Assembly (NCBI GenBank): GCA_964500725.1
Contig: CAZCNP010000006.1
Coordinates: forward strand, 3,634-67,633
Direction: 5' to 3'
DNA: 64,000 bases
Origin: an uncultured Gammaproteobacteria bacterium
GTDB lineage: Bacteria; Patescibacteriota; Microgenomatia; Daviesbacterales; UBA10151
The translations under genes and the position numbers were made by a program. Of the stretch, positions 48,095 through 58,941 are shown one piece after another. Below the pieces are notes generated by a model. It worked only from the letters and a program-made list of their open reading frames with translations. It was not told the DNA's origin and did not search any database. Each line of letters begins with the position of its first letter. Positions within the stretch are counted from its first letter, which is position 1.

Positions 48095-48797
48095 TTTCTT
48101 TTGACTCCTCTTGCTTTTGTTCTACGGAAACATTTTCTTGGTTTTCTTCTGGTTTTTCCTCAGGTGGAGGAGTATAACCTTTCACTCTTCCTAACTTGGT
48201 TACTGTTACCAACCCGCCTACTGGTCCAGGGACTGCGCCTTTTACTAAAAGTAGATTATTTGCTCTATCAACACCTACTACTTCTAAATTCTTAACGCTC
48301 ACTGCCTCTGCTCCCATGTGTCCTGCCATCTTTTTGCCTTTATAAACTCTACCTGGGGTAGTACCAGAACCAATAGCACCTGGGGCTCTTAGTCTATCTG
48401 ACTGACCGTGGGTCTTTGGGCCACCATGAAAACCATGACGTCTGACTCCGCCTTGAAAGCCTTTACCTTTGGAAATGCCACTTACTTTAACTGAGTCTCC
48501 TCTAGAAAAAACCTGGTTCAGTTTAATTTCTGTTCCAGGTTTTAAATCTTGTTGTTCCTCTGTTGCCTTAACTTCTCTAAACCATCTAATCTTTTGGTCA
48601 AGACCAGCTTTTTTGGCATGTCCAATTTGAGGTTTTTTAACAGACTTTTTAGTACCAAACCCGAGTTGGACAGAAGCTGGATTAAGTTGGGTAACAAAAT
48701 TTGGAGAAATTTCCACCGCAGTTGCTCCCACCCTTCTGCCACGGGAATCATATGTGCTGGTCATTTCCTTTTTAATTCCTAATAAGCTATTTATCAT
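48084..48797 (-). CDS. rplC: 50S ribosomal protein L3
   Basis: SKGKGFQG..RRH, HGQSDR.RAPG.IG, PGRVYKGKKMAGHMG, KGAVPG. Start MINS at 48797. Confidence 0.96.
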   Translation of the reverse strand: MINSLLGIKKEMTSTYDSRGRRVGATAVEISPNFVTQLNPASVQLGFGTKKSVKKPQIGHAKKAGLDQKIRWFREVKATEEQQDLKPGTEIKLNQVFSRGDSVKVSGISKGKGFQGGVRRHGFHGGPKTHGQSDRLRAPGAIGSGTTPGRVYKGKKMAGHMGAEAVSVKNLEVVGVDRANNLLLVKGAVPGPVGGLVTVTKLGRVKGYTPPPEEKPEENQENVSVEQKQEESKENAS

Positions 48798-49069
48798 ATT
48801 TAATCCAACAAAAAGAGTGAGGCCCATTACTGGAACTCTCACTCAGTATTTCGCTTTTTCGAACCGCCGTATCGTTTTTAGACGCGCGATCTACTGAAAA
48901 TCTAACTAATGTTAAATTAACCTGACTTTAATGTCATGCTCTCAAGAGATTCTAACACAAGCTCATGCCTAAATGCAAGCTAGCTTAAATAGGGTATTGA
49001 CATTAGGGTTTTATTAGGGTATAAATATTTTTAGGTACGAGTAACTTAGGAAGGGGGTGAGCAAAAGAT

Positions 49070-49303
49070 ATGGAAAAGAGTAACAGACAAACTGTCAAAT
49101 CCTCAATGCTTCGAGCAGGTAAAAGAACTTTCTTTTTTGATGTAAAGGTAGCCTCAAATAGTAAGAAGTATCTAAAAATTACTGAATCAAGCTTTGAAGG
49201 AGAAGGTAAAGAGAGAAGATATAATTCTTTCTTGCTTTGGCCAGAAAATTTAACTGATTTTCAACAAAGATTAACAGAAGTCAGTAGTGTTCTGGTTAAG
49301 TAA
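49070..49303 (+). CDS. PUR-family (DUF3276-like) nucleic-acid-binding protein
   Basis: S..LRAGKRTFFFDVK......YLKITES...R..FLLWPE...DF. Own promoter (TTGACA..TATAAA) and SD. Confidence 0.85.
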   Translation: MEKSNRQTVKSSMLRAGKRTFFFDVKVASNSKKYLKITESSFEGEGKERRYNSFLLWPENLTDFQQRLTEVSSVLVK

Positions 49304-49327
49304 TCTAAATGCACGCCGGCGTGCAAG

Positions 49328-49636
49328 TTACATCTTAACTTCAATGTCAACTCCTGCTGGAATTTCAAGATGCATTAGGGAATCTATAGTTTTTGGAGTG
49401 GGTTCGACAATATCAATCATTCTTTTGTGAGTTTTTATCTCAAATGCTTCTCTGGAATTTTTATCTGTATGAGGAGAAGTTAAAACTGTGATTTTTTGAG
49501 TTTGTGTAGGAAGGGGGATGGGACCAACAATTTTAGCTCCCGTTCTAAGGGCTGTATCCAATAAGGACTCGCAGGTGTTGTCTAACACCCTATGATCATA
49601 ACTTTTTAGTTTTACTCTAATTCGTCCTCTTGGCAT
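49328..49636 (-). CDS. rpsJ: 30S ribosomal protein S10
   Basis: IR.KLKSYDH..LD, GPIPLPT, SPH..K.SRE.FE..THKR, GVDIE. Confidence 0.97.
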   Translation of the reverse strand: MPRGRIRVKLKSYDHRVLDNTCESLLDTALRTGAKIVGPIPLPTQTQKITVLTSPHTDKNSREAFEIKTHKRMIDIVEPTPKTIDSLMHLEIPAGVDIEVKM

Positions 49637-49733
49637 AATCGGAGTCCGGTTCTACCGGACGAGATCGCTTGCAAAAAATGTCTAAATGACATTTTTTGAC
49701 AAGGGCACTACCTTTCAATGTGCATTATACACT

Positions 49734-49753
49734 AAAAAAGGGGCTTTCGCCCC
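49734..49753 (-). terminator. terminator after tuf
   Basis: Minus strand GGGGC-gaaa-GCCCC plus T tract. Confidence 0.75.
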
Positions 49754-49775
49754 AATTTAAACTTACTAAAAACCC

Positions 49776-50960
49776 TTAAGCAATAATTTTAGTTATTACT
49801 CCAGCTCCAACAGTTTTACCACCTTCTCTGACAGCAAAACGAAGGCCTTCTTCCATAGCAACTGGGGTTATAAGTTTTCCTTTAACATTAACTGTGTCTC
49901 CTGGCATAGCCATTTCAACCCCTTCAGGAAGCTGGACTTCACCAGTCACATCTGTAGTTCTAACATAAAACTGTGGTCTGTAACCTTTGAAAAATGGGGT
50001 ATGTCTTCCACCTTCTTCTTTTGAAAGAACATAAACTTCAGCTTCAAATTCAGAGTGAGGTGTAATTGAACCTGGTTTGGCCAAAACCTGCCCCCTTTCA
50101 ACATCAGTCTTTTCAATACCTCGAAGCAATATTCCAGCGTTATCTCCAGCTTGGCCTTCATCCAACATTTTGTGGAACATCTCAATTCCAGTTACCACAC
50201 TTTTCTTTGTAGGTCTAATTCCAACAATTTCTATTTCTTCATTAACTTTTACTCTTCCTCTTTCAATCCTTCCAGTAACAACTGTTCCCCTGCCTTTAAT
50301 AGAGAAAACATCCTCAACAGCCATCAAAAAAGGCTTATCCACATCTCTTACTGGAGTTGGAATCCATTCATCAACTTTGTTCATTAACTCTTCAACAGCC
50401 TTTACTGCCTCTGCATCACCTTCTAAAGCTTTTTTAGCAGAACCTCTAATTATTGGGGAATTTGGATCATATTCATATTTTTTAAGCAAATCTCTTACTT
50501 CTTCTTCAACCAAATCCAGAAGTTCTGGATCATCAACCATATCAACTTTATTGAGGAATACTACAATTGCTGGGACTCCTACCTGACGGGCTAAAAGTAA
50601 ATGCTCTCTGGTTTGAGGCATTGGTCCATCTGGAGCAGAAACAACCAAAATTGCTCCATCAGTTTGAGCAGCACCAGTAATCATGTTTTTGATGTAATCT
50701 GCATGACCAGGCATATCTATATGAGCATAGTGTCTTTTTTCAGTTTCGTATTCTTGGTGAGAAATATTGATTGTAATACCGCGGGCTTTTTCCTCAGGAG
50801 CATTATCAATCTGATCAACTGATCTTTTTTCTGCAAGCCCTTTAGCAGCCAATACATTAGTAATTGCTGCAGTTAAGGTTGTCTTACCATGGTCAACATG
50901 ACCCATGGTTCCAACATTAACATGTGGTTTACTTCTATCAAATTTTTTCTGATCTGCCAT
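49776..50960 (-). CDS. tuf: elongation factor Tu
   Basis: [33 protein letters not shown]. Confidence 0.98.
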   Translation of the reverse strand: MADQKKFDRSKPHVNVGTMGHVDHGKTTLTAAITNVLAAKGLAEKRSVDQIDNAPEEKARGITINISHQEYETEKRHYAHIDMPGHADYIKNMITGAAQTDGAILVVSAPDGPMPQTREHLLLARQVGVPAIVVFLNKVDMVDDPELLDLVEEEVRDLLKKYEYDPNSPIIRGSAKKALEGDAEAVKAVEELMNKVDEWIPTPVRDVDKPFLMAVEDVFSIKGRGTVVTGRIERGRVKVNEEIEIVGIRPTKKSVVTGIEMFHKMLDEGQAGDNAGILLRGIEKTDVERGQVLAKPGSITPHSEFEAEVYVLSKEEGGRHTPFFKGYRPQFYVRTTDVTGEVQLPEGVEMAMPGDTVNVKGKLITPVAMEEGLRFAVREGGKTVGAGVITKIIA

Positions 50961-51048
50961 ATTTTTACCTCTAAAATCCAGCTAGCTCAGCTGGAACATT
51001 TATAATGTACCGTATTTGCAAAATAAATGCAATAGTTAAATTTTGATG

Positions 51049-51300
51049 TTATTTGTAAACTCCTTGTCTATGCTCAACTTCAACTACTGTTAAAATATTC
51101 TCCTTTGTAGAAAAAATATAAATTACTCTGTAAGGCCAAGCATAAAGTTTGTATTGTCCTGCAAATTCACCCTTCAATTTTTCTCCAGCAAGCGGGTTAC
51201 TGGCTAATTTTTCAATAGCTTTGGCGATTTTCTTTTTAGCAGCTACTGGCAATTTTAAAAAAGACTTCTCAGCTGTCTTGGTAAAAATTACTTGCACCAT
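51049..51300 (-). CDS. type II toxin, RelE/ParE superfamily
   Basis: V.FT..A.K...KL, L..NP..GEKLKG, YRVIY, HRQGVYK. Confidence 0.85.
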   Translation of the reverse strand: MVQVIFTKTAEKSFLKLPVAAKKKIAKAIEKLASNPLAGEKLKGEFAGQYKLYAWPYRVIYIFSTKENILTVVEVEHRQGVYK

Positions 51301-51563
51301 TAGAGACCCGCTTTTTTCTTAACCTCTTCCCAGGATACTACTCTGCCTTTTTTAATATCTTCGAGTCCCTTTTTAATCCCCATCACTAGTTTTTTATCAG
51401 ACATCACTTCCATGGTAGCCTCCCAGGAAGCAAGCTCTTCAGCGCTTATCAAAACAGCTTTTGTCTCACCTTTATTGGTAATAGCAATCTTTTTGCCACT
51501 GGAGGCCTCTTCAAGTAAATCATACAATGTATTTCGTGCGGTTGTTGCAGAAACTGTAATCAT
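51300..51563 (-). CDS. Phd/YefM antitoxin
   Basis: VSATTAR..L..LL, I.ITNKG...AVLIS.EE...W.ATME; translationally coupled to the toxin. Confidence 0.88.
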   Translation of the reverse strand: MITVSATTARNTLYDLLEEASSGKKIAITNKGETKAVLISAEELASWEATMEVMSDKKLVMGIKKGLEDIKKGRVVSWEEVKKKAGL

Positions 51564-51598
51564 AAATTAACTGTACGCTTTTACGTACGTCTTGTCAA
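51564..51598 (-). promoter_or_regulatory. leaderless TA promoter with operator inverted repeat
   Basis: TTGACA-17 nt-TACAGT-6 nt-ATG. Inverted repeat GTACG(N6)CGTAC at 51573-51588 overlaps the -10. Confidence 0.7.
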
Positions 51599-51617
51599 GA
51601 AGTAAATTTAAAATGAA

Positions 51618-53756
51618 TTAATGCTCAACTCTACCAGTAAAGCCTGAAGTTTCAATAATCTTTTGAGTAATATTTGAAGGCACTGGTTCATAGTGGTCTG
51701 CTTCCATATAATAGGTAGCTCTTCCTTGAGACATAGACCTTATAGCTGTTGCATATCCATGCATTTCTGCCAAAGGCACTAAAGCCATAACTACCCTGGC
51801 ATTACCTCTTGTTTCAGAAGATAAAATTTGAGCCCTTTTTGAAGACAGATCACCAATTATTTCTCCCAAAAATTCCTCAGGGGTGGTTACTTCCACCTTC
51901 ATAATAGGTTCAAGTAAAATCATATCTGCTTTTTTAGCTGCCTCAGACAAACCTAAAGAAGCAGCAATCTTAAAGGCTATCTCAGAGGAATCAACATCAT
52001 GGAATGAACCATCATAAACAGTAACTTTAATATCTGTTACAGGGTAGCCTGCCAAAATACCTGTATCTTCTTTTTCAATAACACCCTTTTCAATAGGAGG
52101 AATAAATTCCCTGGGAATAGCTCCACCCACAATTGCTGAGACAAATTCCCTGCCCTGTCCACGGGGCAGAGGTTCAATCTTGAGTAAACAATGGCCATAT
52201 TGACCACGTCCACCAGTTTGTCTTATGTATTTACCCTCACCTTCTGCAAATTTGGTAATAGTTTCTTTATAAGCAACTTGAGGCTGACCCACATTTGCCT
52301 CCAGCTTGAATTCTCTTTTCATTCTGTCAACCAGAATTTCAAGCTGTAGCTCGCCCATTCCAGCAATAATAGTTTGGCCAGTTTCAGCATCTGATTTAAC
52401 CCTAAAGGTTGGATCTTCTTCAGCTAGTCTTTGCAAGGCAAATCCTAATTTTTCCTGGTCAGATTTTGTTTTTGGCTCAATTGCCAAGGAAATAACTGGA
52501 TCAGGGAAGGAAATAGATTCTAAAATAATTGGAGCTGACTCGTCACACAAAGTATTACCCGTAATCGTGTCTTTTAATCCTACTGCTGCCACAATTTCTC
52601 CCGCGAAAGCCTCATCAATTTCCTCTCTATCATTAGCATGCATTAAAAGAAGTCTTCCGACTCTTTCGTTGACTTGCTTGGTAGAGTTATAAACGTAAGA
52701 ACCGCTCTTTAATGTTCCTGAATAAACTCTTATATAGGTCAACTTACCTACATGAGGGTCAACTTGAATTTTAAATGCCAAAGCAGCTAAAGGAGCGGCA
52801 GGATCACCCTTTCTTTCTTCTGACCCGCCTGTTTTTGGATTTATTCCACTTGTAAGATACACATCCTGAGGGGAAGGTAAATATTCAACAACAGCATCAA
52901 GCATCGGTTGAACACCTTTGTTCCGCAGAGAAGATCCAGCAAAAACTGGTACAATTTTGTTGGCAATAACAGCCTTTCTTAAGGCTTCTTTGAGCTCTGT
53001 AACTGTAATCTCTTCTCCGTTTAAATACTTTTCCATCAACACATCATTAGATCCTGCAATCTCTTCTACTAGTTTCTCGCGAGCAGCCTTAACCTCATCT
53101 GCCATCTCAACAGGAATTTCCACTTCATTAAACTTAGCGCCTGTTTGATCACCCTCCCAAATCAATGCTTTTTGAGTTAATAAATCTACTATGCCTTTAA
53201 AATCATTTTCTTTGCCTATCGGAAGATTGTAGGCTATAGCATTTGCTCCTAACCTGTCTCTCGCCGATTGAATAGTAGCTTGGAAATCAGCTCCTACTAC
53301 ATCCATTTTGTTAGAAAAGGCAATCAAAGGAACCTTATATTTATTAGCCTGTCTCCAAACTGTTTCTGTTTGAGACTGAACACCAGACGAAGAATCCAAA
53401 ACAATTACAGCTCCATCTAAAACCCTTAGAGACCTTTCTACTTCAGCTGTAAAATCAACGTGGCCTGGGGTATCAATTAAGTTAATTCTAATTTCATTAC
53501 CTTCAAAAAGTCCTCTTTTGACTGTCCAAAAAGCAGTGATAGCTGCAGAAACAATAGTAATTCCTCTTTCTCTTTCCTGCTCCATCCAGTCAGTAACTGT
53601 GGTTCCTTCGTCAATATTTCCAATTTTATAAGTTCTACCGGTGTAAAATAGAATTCTTTCTGTTGTGGTAGTTTTCCCAGCATCAATATGGGCAATAATC
53701 CCAATATTTCTAATTCTATCAAGCGGGAAGTCCCTTTTAGTCTTTTGTATAGCCAT
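51618..53756 (-). CDS. fusA: elongation factor G
   Basis: [45 protein letters not shown]. Confidence 0.98.
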   Translation of the reverse strand: MAIQKTKRDFPLDRIRNIGIIAHIDAGKTTTTERILFYTGRTYKIGNIDEGTTVTDWMEQERERGITIVSAAITAFWTVKRGLFEGNEIRINLIDTPGHVDFTAEVERSLRVLDGAVIVLDSSSGVQSQTETVWRQANKYKVPLIAFSNKMDVVGADFQATIQSARDRLGANAIAYNLPIGKENDFKGIVDLLTQKALIWEGDQTGAKFNEVEIPVEMADEVKAAREKLVEEIAGSNDVLMEKYLNGEEITVTELKEALRKAVIANKIVPVFAGSSLRNKGVQPMLDAVVEYLPSPQDVYLTSGINPKTGGSEERKGDPAAPLAALAFKIQVDPHVGKLTYIRVYSGTLKSGSYVYNSTKQVNERVGRLLLMHANDREEIDEAFAGEIVAAVGLKDTITGNTLCDESAPIILESISFPDPVISLAIEPKTKSDQEKLGFALQRLAEEDPTFRVKSDAETGQTIIAGMGELQLEILVDRMKREFKLEANVGQPQVAYKETITKFAEGEGKYIRQTGGRGQYGHCLLKIEPLPRGQGREFVSAIVGGAIPREFIPPIEKGVIEKEDTGILAGYPVTDIKVTVYDGSFHDVDSSEIAFKIAASLGLSEAAKKADMILLEPIMKVEVTTPEEFLGEIIGDLSSKRAQILSSETRGNARVVMALVPLAEMHGYATAIRSMSQGRATYYMEADHYEPVPSNITQKIIETSGFTGRVEH

Positions 53757-53983
53757 TATTTTCCTCCCTTTTCTAAATCTCTAATTATCTTTTTTATCTC
53801 TTCAATCCTAACTCTAGCAGTCTCTGCATCCTCTATGGCCATAGTATAGGCTGCATTTTCAGAAAGATCCCCTTCTTGGGCTGCCTGACCTTTTTTAAGG
53901 TAAATTGCCTCTAGATCACTCTCCAACTGCTTTAAGTTATCCTTCCACATTTTCAATTTTTCTTGTCTTAATTTGTCATCCAT
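53756..53983 (-). CDS. GreA N-terminal coiled-coil domain-only protein
   Basis: 75 aa with [13 protein letters not shown] (Gre acidic tip motif) and no C-terminal Gre domain. Stop overlaps the fusA start (TAATG). Confidence 0.8.
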   Translation of the reverse strand: MDDKLRQEKLKMWKDNLKQLESDLEAIYLKKGQAAQEGDLSENAAYTMAIEDAETARVRIEEIKKIIRDLEKGGK

Positions 53984-53993
53984 ATTTTTTAAC

Positions 53994-54021
53994 AAAAAAC
54001 CTCCCTCAAACTTGGGAGGCC
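53994..54021 (-). terminator. terminator/attenuator directly upstream of the Gre-like gene
   Basis: Minus strand GGCCTCCC-aagtttga-GGGAGGTT plus T tract, 10 nt before the ATG. Confidence 0.75.
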
Positions 54022-54044
54022 ACAAGTAGATATTGTACTATGAA

Positions 54045-54248
54045 TTAGTCTACGTTTCCAGCAGCAATGGCTGCACGGTCACTTCTGACAATATCTGCAG
54101 GATTTAATACTCTAGCCAAAATTGCAGCTGAAATAGGATCCATACGCTCAAAAGCATCAAGCCTATCTACAATATCAGATCCATCAAGAATTCCCACCGC
54201 CGCTGCTAAATCTACTATTGGTCTTAAAACAGAATTTTCTACTGCCAT
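54045..54248 (-). CDS. hypothetical protein
   Basis: 67-aa ORF between rpsG and the Gre-like gene; TGgTAATAT lies 6 nt before the ATG. Confidence 0.55.
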   Translation of the reverse strand: MAVENSVLRPIVDLAAAVGILDGSDIVDRLDAFERMDPISAAILARVLNPADIVRSDRAAIAAGNVD

Positions 54249-54283
54249 ATACTTATATTACCACCCGAAGTCAAGAGAGAAAT

Positions 54284-54760
54284 TTACCAGCGGAAGTGAG
54301 AAAATGCCCTATTGGCATTTGCAATTTTTTGAGTATCTTCTTTTTTCTTTATTGCCAGTCCAGTATTATTGGCAGCATCCATTAATTCTGCTGCCAGCTT
54401 TTTATCAAATGAATGATATTCTTTATTGGATTTTGATCTTGCTCCAGCTAAAATCCATCTGATTGCCAAGGCTTCTTTTCTATCACCACGCACTTCAACA
54501 GGCACTTGATAAGATGCCCCTCCTACTCTCCTTGGCCTTACCTCCATCTTTGGAGAAACATTTGCTATAGCTTTTTCCAAAACAGCTAGTGGCTCTTGTT
54601 TGGATTGTTCTTTTATTACCTCTAAAGCCTGATAGACTAATTTTTCTGCCACTGATTTCTTACCACTTACCATAATTTTATTAATCATTCTATTTATCAG
54701 CTTTGAGCCATAAACAGGATCTTCAACTAATATTCTTTTTTCTGCTTTTTTGCTTCGCAT
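54284..54760 (-). CDS. rpsG: 30S ribosomal protein S7
   Basis: DP.Y.S, GKKS.A, EVR.RRVGGA.YQVP, ANRAFSHFRW. Confidence 0.97.
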   Translation of the reverse strand: MRSKKAEKRILVEDPVYGSKLINRMINKIMVSGKKSVAEKLVYQALEVIKEQSKQEPLAVLEKAIANVSPKMEVRPRRVGGASYQVPVEVRGDRKEALAIRWILAGARSKSNKEYHSFDKKLAAELMDAANNTGLAIKKKEDTQKIANANRAFSHFRW

Positions 54761-54781
54761 GCTTTTATCTACTCCTAAACT

Positions 54782-55246
54782 TTATGCTGTTGGGGCTGCT
54801 GGTTGTGGAACTGCTGCAGCTCTTGGCGCCGGCCCGCCGCCACCCTTTTTAGTACCATATCTTGATCTGCCTCGTTTCCTGCCTACCACACCTGCTAAAT
54901 CAAATTTACCTCTGACTAAATGATATTTAACTCCAGGCAAATCTTTCACCCTGCCACCTCTTACTAAAACTATTCCATGCTCTGCCAAAGAATGTCCCTC
55001 TCCTTGAATATAGGCTGTTACCTCAGTTCTGTTAGACAACCTTACCCTGGCTACTTTTCTCAAAGCTGAGTTAGGCTTTTTAGGAGTCATTGTTTTAACC
55101 AAAGTTACCACGCCCCGTTTTTGTGGATTAAAATCTTGAGTGTACCGTCTATCTTTAGCATTAAAGCTGCGTCGCAGAGCTGTAGCTTTAATCTTTTTTG
55201 CTAAATTTTTTCTACCTTTTCTTACCAATTGATTAATTGTAGGCAT
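54782..55246 (-). CDS. rpsL: 30S ribosomal protein S12
   Basis: [29 protein letters not shown]; Ala/Pro-rich tail. Confidence 0.98.
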   Translation of the reverse strand: MPTINQLVRKGRKNLAKKIKATALRRSFNAKDRRYTQDFNPQKRGVVTLVKTMTPKKPNSALRKVARVRLSNRTEVTAYIQGEGHSLAEHGIVLVRGGRVKDLPGVKYHLVRGKFDLAGVVGRKRGRSRYGTKKGGGGPAPRAAAVPQPAAPTA

Positions 55247-55248
55247 CT

Positions 55249-58200
55249 TTAACTTTCCATCTTAGCCCTTTCTGTACTAGTTGGGATAAGTCGGCCAATT
55301 ATAACATTTTCTTTCAAACCAATCAGCTTATCAACCTTGCCTGAAATAGCTGCATCTGACAGTACTGAGGTAGTTTCTTGGAATGAAGCAGCAGAAAGGA
55401 AGCTTTCTGTTTGCAGAGAAGCCCTGGTGATTCCTAAAATTACCACCTCTGCTGTTGCAGCTTCGCCACCGCTTGCCAATACCCGTTTATTTTCCTCTTC
55501 AAAACGGATTTTATCCACAATTTCACCCGGCAGCAGATTGGTATCTCCTTGAGTTTCTACCCTGACTTTATCTGACATTTTTCTAACTATTACCTCAAAA
55601 TGCTTTTCGTTAATAGGCACACCTTGAGATTCGTAAACTGATCTTACTTCATCAACAATATAGCGTTGCGCTGATCTTAATCCCTGAATCCTTAAGATTT
55701 CTTTGACATCAATATGGCCTGAGGCTAAAATTGTTCCTGCATCAATCAGTTGGCCTTCCTCAACTAGTAATGCTGAGGTAGCAGGGATAATATATTCTCT
55801 TTCTTCGTGTGGCTTTTGTGTAGTTTTAACCCTAACTCTGGTTCCGAGCTCAGTTTCTAATACTGAAACCTTACCAGCAATCTCTGACATTGGAGAGGCC
55901 ACCTTAGGAATACGGGCTTCAAATAATTCTTCCACTCTTGGTAAACCTTGAGTAATATCCAAACCAATAATTCCTCCTGTGTGGAAAGTGCGCATGGTAA
56001 GTTGTGTGCCTGGCTCACCGATTGCTTGAGCAGCTACTACCCCTACAGGGGTACCAATTTTAACAAGTTGTCTGGTAGTCAAATCAAAACCATAACAGGT
56101 GCTACAAATCCCGTAGCGGGCTTCACAAGTCAAAGGCGAACGGGCGGAGACTTTGGTTACTCCTGCTTTCAAAATCTGAGAGACAACCTCTTCAGCTAAA
56201 AAGACACCTTTTTTAATCATTACTTTTCTAGTTTTTGGTTCTAAAATATTATCTGCTACCATTCTACCCAAGAGTTTCTCTCTGGCTGTAGTAAAGCTGT
56301 TTTTGGATAAGTCGTAGTCTAATGATAGATCAGTTCCGCAATCCTCTATTCTAACAATGACATCATGCGCAACATCAACCAGTCTTCGGGTCAAATAACC
56401 TGCATCAGCTGTTTTCAAAGCTTTATCTGCCACACCTTTTCTGGCTCCTCTAGCTGAAGTAAAGTATTCAAATACTGACAAGCCTTGTCTGTAATTTGAT
56501 TTAGTGGGTAGGTCAACAATTTTTCCTGTTGGATCAGTAGATAAACCTCTCATAGCAGAAAGCTGTTTTGCTTGATCTCTAGATCCTCTTGCTCCTGCCT
56601 CAACCATCATTCTGATTGGATTTTGCATACCTAAGTAGTCCCAGGTAGCGTTTGCCAGCTCTTCTGTGACTTTAATCCATACCATTTGTGAAAGCTGGGA
56701 TTTTTCTTGTGGAGTAATTAAACCTTTGGCTGTATTTGCCTCGATCTTTTCAATCTCTTGAACAGCCTTATCTAAATATTCCTGCTTATTAGGTACCACT
56801 TTTGCATCAAAGATAGAAATTGAAATACCAGCAATAGTGGCCCCCCAAAAACCGATAGTCTTAATGTTATCAATAAGCTCAGTAGCTTTTTCTTTACCTA
56901 AAGACTCCATAGCTTTGAGGATAATATCTCTAATGGTAAATCCTTTGATAACCGAGTTGATAAACTGCATCTTTTCAGGCAGCACCTGATTAAACAAAAT
57001 TCTACCCACAGATGTTTCGATAACCTCATTATTAATTCTCGTTTGGATTTTTTGTTGAACCCTAATTTTACCCAAGGCAAAAGCACGAACAGCATCTTCT
57101 GGAGTAATAAAGAATTTAGGTTTATCATTTCCGCTGTTCTCCTCCAGCGAGGTTAAGTAATAACATCCTAAAGCCATCTCTCTATTTGGTACGGTAATTG
57201 GCTGGGCATTAGCAGGACCAAAAATATTTTCTTTGGCCATCATCAAATTTTTGGCCTCTTCTTGAGCCTTAGTGGATAAAGGCACATGGATTGCCATTTG
57301 ATCTCCATCAAAATCAGCATTAAACCCTGCGCAAATACAAGGATGGATCGCGATAGCATTACCATCAACCAAGACCGGGTAGAATGCCTGAATACCCAAC
57401 CTATGCAAAGTAGGAGCACGGTTGATTAATATTGGGTGGCCAGTAATAATTTCTTCCAAAATATCCCAAACTTCAGAAGGTCGAAGCTCCAAAACATTTT
57501 TTGCACCCTTTACATTAGATGCCAAACCTCTGGCTATCATTTCCCTCAAAACAAAAGGCTTAAACATTTCCAAAGCCATCTCTTTAGGAAGTCCTACCTG
57601 ATCCAGTCTTAATCTTGGTCCAACAACTATAACTGATCTTCCTGAATAATCCACTCTTTTACCTAACAGATTCTGCCTAAATCGCCCTTGCTTACCGCGT
57701 AACATATCTGACAGAGAACGCAGAGCGTGAGCCACCACCGGACCGCCCCGTCTTGAAGTTCTAGATGAAGCATCAATCAAGCTATCAACAGCTTCTTGTA
57801 ACATTCTTTTTTCATTTCTTAAAATTATCTCCGGAGCGCCAAGATTAATTAATTTATTCAAACGGTTGTTTCTATTTATAACTCTTCGGTAAAGATCATT
57901 CAGGTCTGAAGTAGCAAACCTGCCTCCTGGCAGTTGTACCATTGGTCTTAAATCTGGAGGTAAGACTGGCAAAACACGCAACACTAACCAGTCGGGATTA
58001 ATTCCTGACGAACGCATTCCTTCAATTACTCTCAATCTTTTAGTAGCTTTAATATGTTTTTGTCCTGTGGATTTTCTAACCTCTTCCCTTAAATTGGCAG
58101 CCAGTTTATCCAGATCTAACTTTTGCAGAATGTCCAGCAAAGCTTCTGCTCCCATGCCAACCTTAACAAAATCTGAAACTCCATATTCTGAGAGCTTATA

Positions 58201-58941
58201 GTACTCTTCCTCTGACAATAGCTTCATAGGCACTACAGATTTAACAAGATCAGAAACTACCTTATAAATTCCTTCCAACTGACCACTTTCTATTACTAAA
58301 CCGTCTCTCATCTTTTGAATTGCGCGTCTACCTTTTAGTTGCATCTCAGAAGCTTCTAGTTCAAATTTTTCTTTTTCCAATTTCTTCTTCAGGCCTTCAA
58401 TATCTTTTTTCAGTTGAGCCTCAAAACCTTTAATATTCTTTTCCAGATTCGCTTTAGCTTCCTCCTGCTTTGCTTGTAAATCTTTTTCTAACTTTTGCAA
58501 AGCTTCAGTTTTACCATTTGGATCAATAGCAGTAACCACATAAGAGGCAAAATAAACCACCGCTTCTAAATTCTTAGGAGAAATATCCAATATCAAAGAA
58601 AGTTTTGAAGGAGCGCCTTTAACAAACCAGCTATGGGCAACTGGCGCAGCCAAAGTAATATGACCCATCCTCTCGCGTCTGACTTTACTTTGGGTAACCT
58701 CAACTCCACATTTATCACAAATCACACCTCTGAACCTAATTCTTTTGTATTTACCACAATAACACTCATAATCTTTAGTTGGACCAAAGATATTTTCTGA
58801 AAACAATCCATCTTTTTCTGCTTTTAGGGTTCGATAATTTATAGTTTCTGGTTTCGTGACTTCACCAAAAGACCAGCTTCTTATTTGTTCTGGAGAAGCA
58901 ACTGTCAATCTTAGTGATTCAAAATCTAGTAAATCATTCAT
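55249..58941 (-). CDS. rpoC: RNA polymerase beta' subunit
   Basis: Zinc finger [49 protein letters not shown]. Confidence 0.98.
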   Translation of the reverse strand: MNDLLDFESLRLTVASPEQIRSWSFGEVTKPETINYRTLKAEKDGLFSENIFGPTKDYECYCGKYKRIRFRGVICDKCGVEVTQSKVRRERMGHITLAAPVAHSWFVKGAPSKLSLILDISPKNLEAVVYFASYVVTAIDPNGKTEALQKLEKDLQAKQEEAKANLEKNIKGFEAQLKKDIEGLKKKLEKEKFELEASEMQLKGRRAIQKMRDGLVIESGQLEGIYKVVSDLVKSVVPMKLLSEEEYYKLSEYGVSDFVKVGMGAEALLDILQKLDLDKLAANLREEVRKSTGQKHIKATKRLRVIEGMRSSGINPDWLVLRVLPVLPPDLRPMVQLPGGRFATSDLNDLYRRVINRNNRLNKLINLGAPEIILRNEKRMLQEAVDSLIDASSRTSRRGGPVVAHALRSLSDMLRGKQGRFRQNLLGKRVDYSGRSVIVVGPRLRLDQVGLPKEMALEMFKPFVLREMIARGLASNVKGAKNVLELRPSEVWDILEEIITGHPILINRAPTLHRLGIQAFYPVLVDGNAIAIHPCICAGFNADFDGDQMAIHVPLSTKAQEEAKNLMMAKENIFGPANAQPITVPNREMALGCYYLTSLEENSGNDKPKFFITPEDAVRAFALGKIRVQQKIQTRINNEVIETSVGRILFNQVLPEKMQFINSVIKGFTIRDIILKAMESLGKEKATELIDNIKTIGFWGATIAGISISIFDAKVVPNKQEYLDKAVQEIEKIEANTAKGLITPQEKSQLSQMVWIKVTEELANATWDYLGMQNPIRMMVEAGARGSRDQAKQLSAMRGLSTDPTGKIVDLPTKSNYRQGLSVFEYFTSARGARKGVADKALKTADAGYLTRRLVDVAHDVIVRIEDCGTDLSLDYDLSKNSFTTAREKLLGRMVADNILEPKTRKVMIKKGVFLAEEVVSQILKAGVTKVSARSPLTCEARYGICSTCYGFDLTTRQLVKIGTPVGVVAAQAIGEPGTQLTMRTFHTGGIIGLDITQGLPRVEELFEARIPKVASPMSEIAGKVSVLETELGTRVRVKTTQKPHEEREYIIPATSALLVEEGQLIDAGTILASGHIDVKEILRIQGLRSAQRYIVDEVRSVYESQGVPINEKHFEVIVRKMSDKVRVETQGDTNLLPGEIVDKIRFEEENKRVLASGGEAATAEVVILGITRASLQTESFLSAASFQETTSVLSDAAISGKVDKLIGLKENVIIGRLIPTSTERAKMES

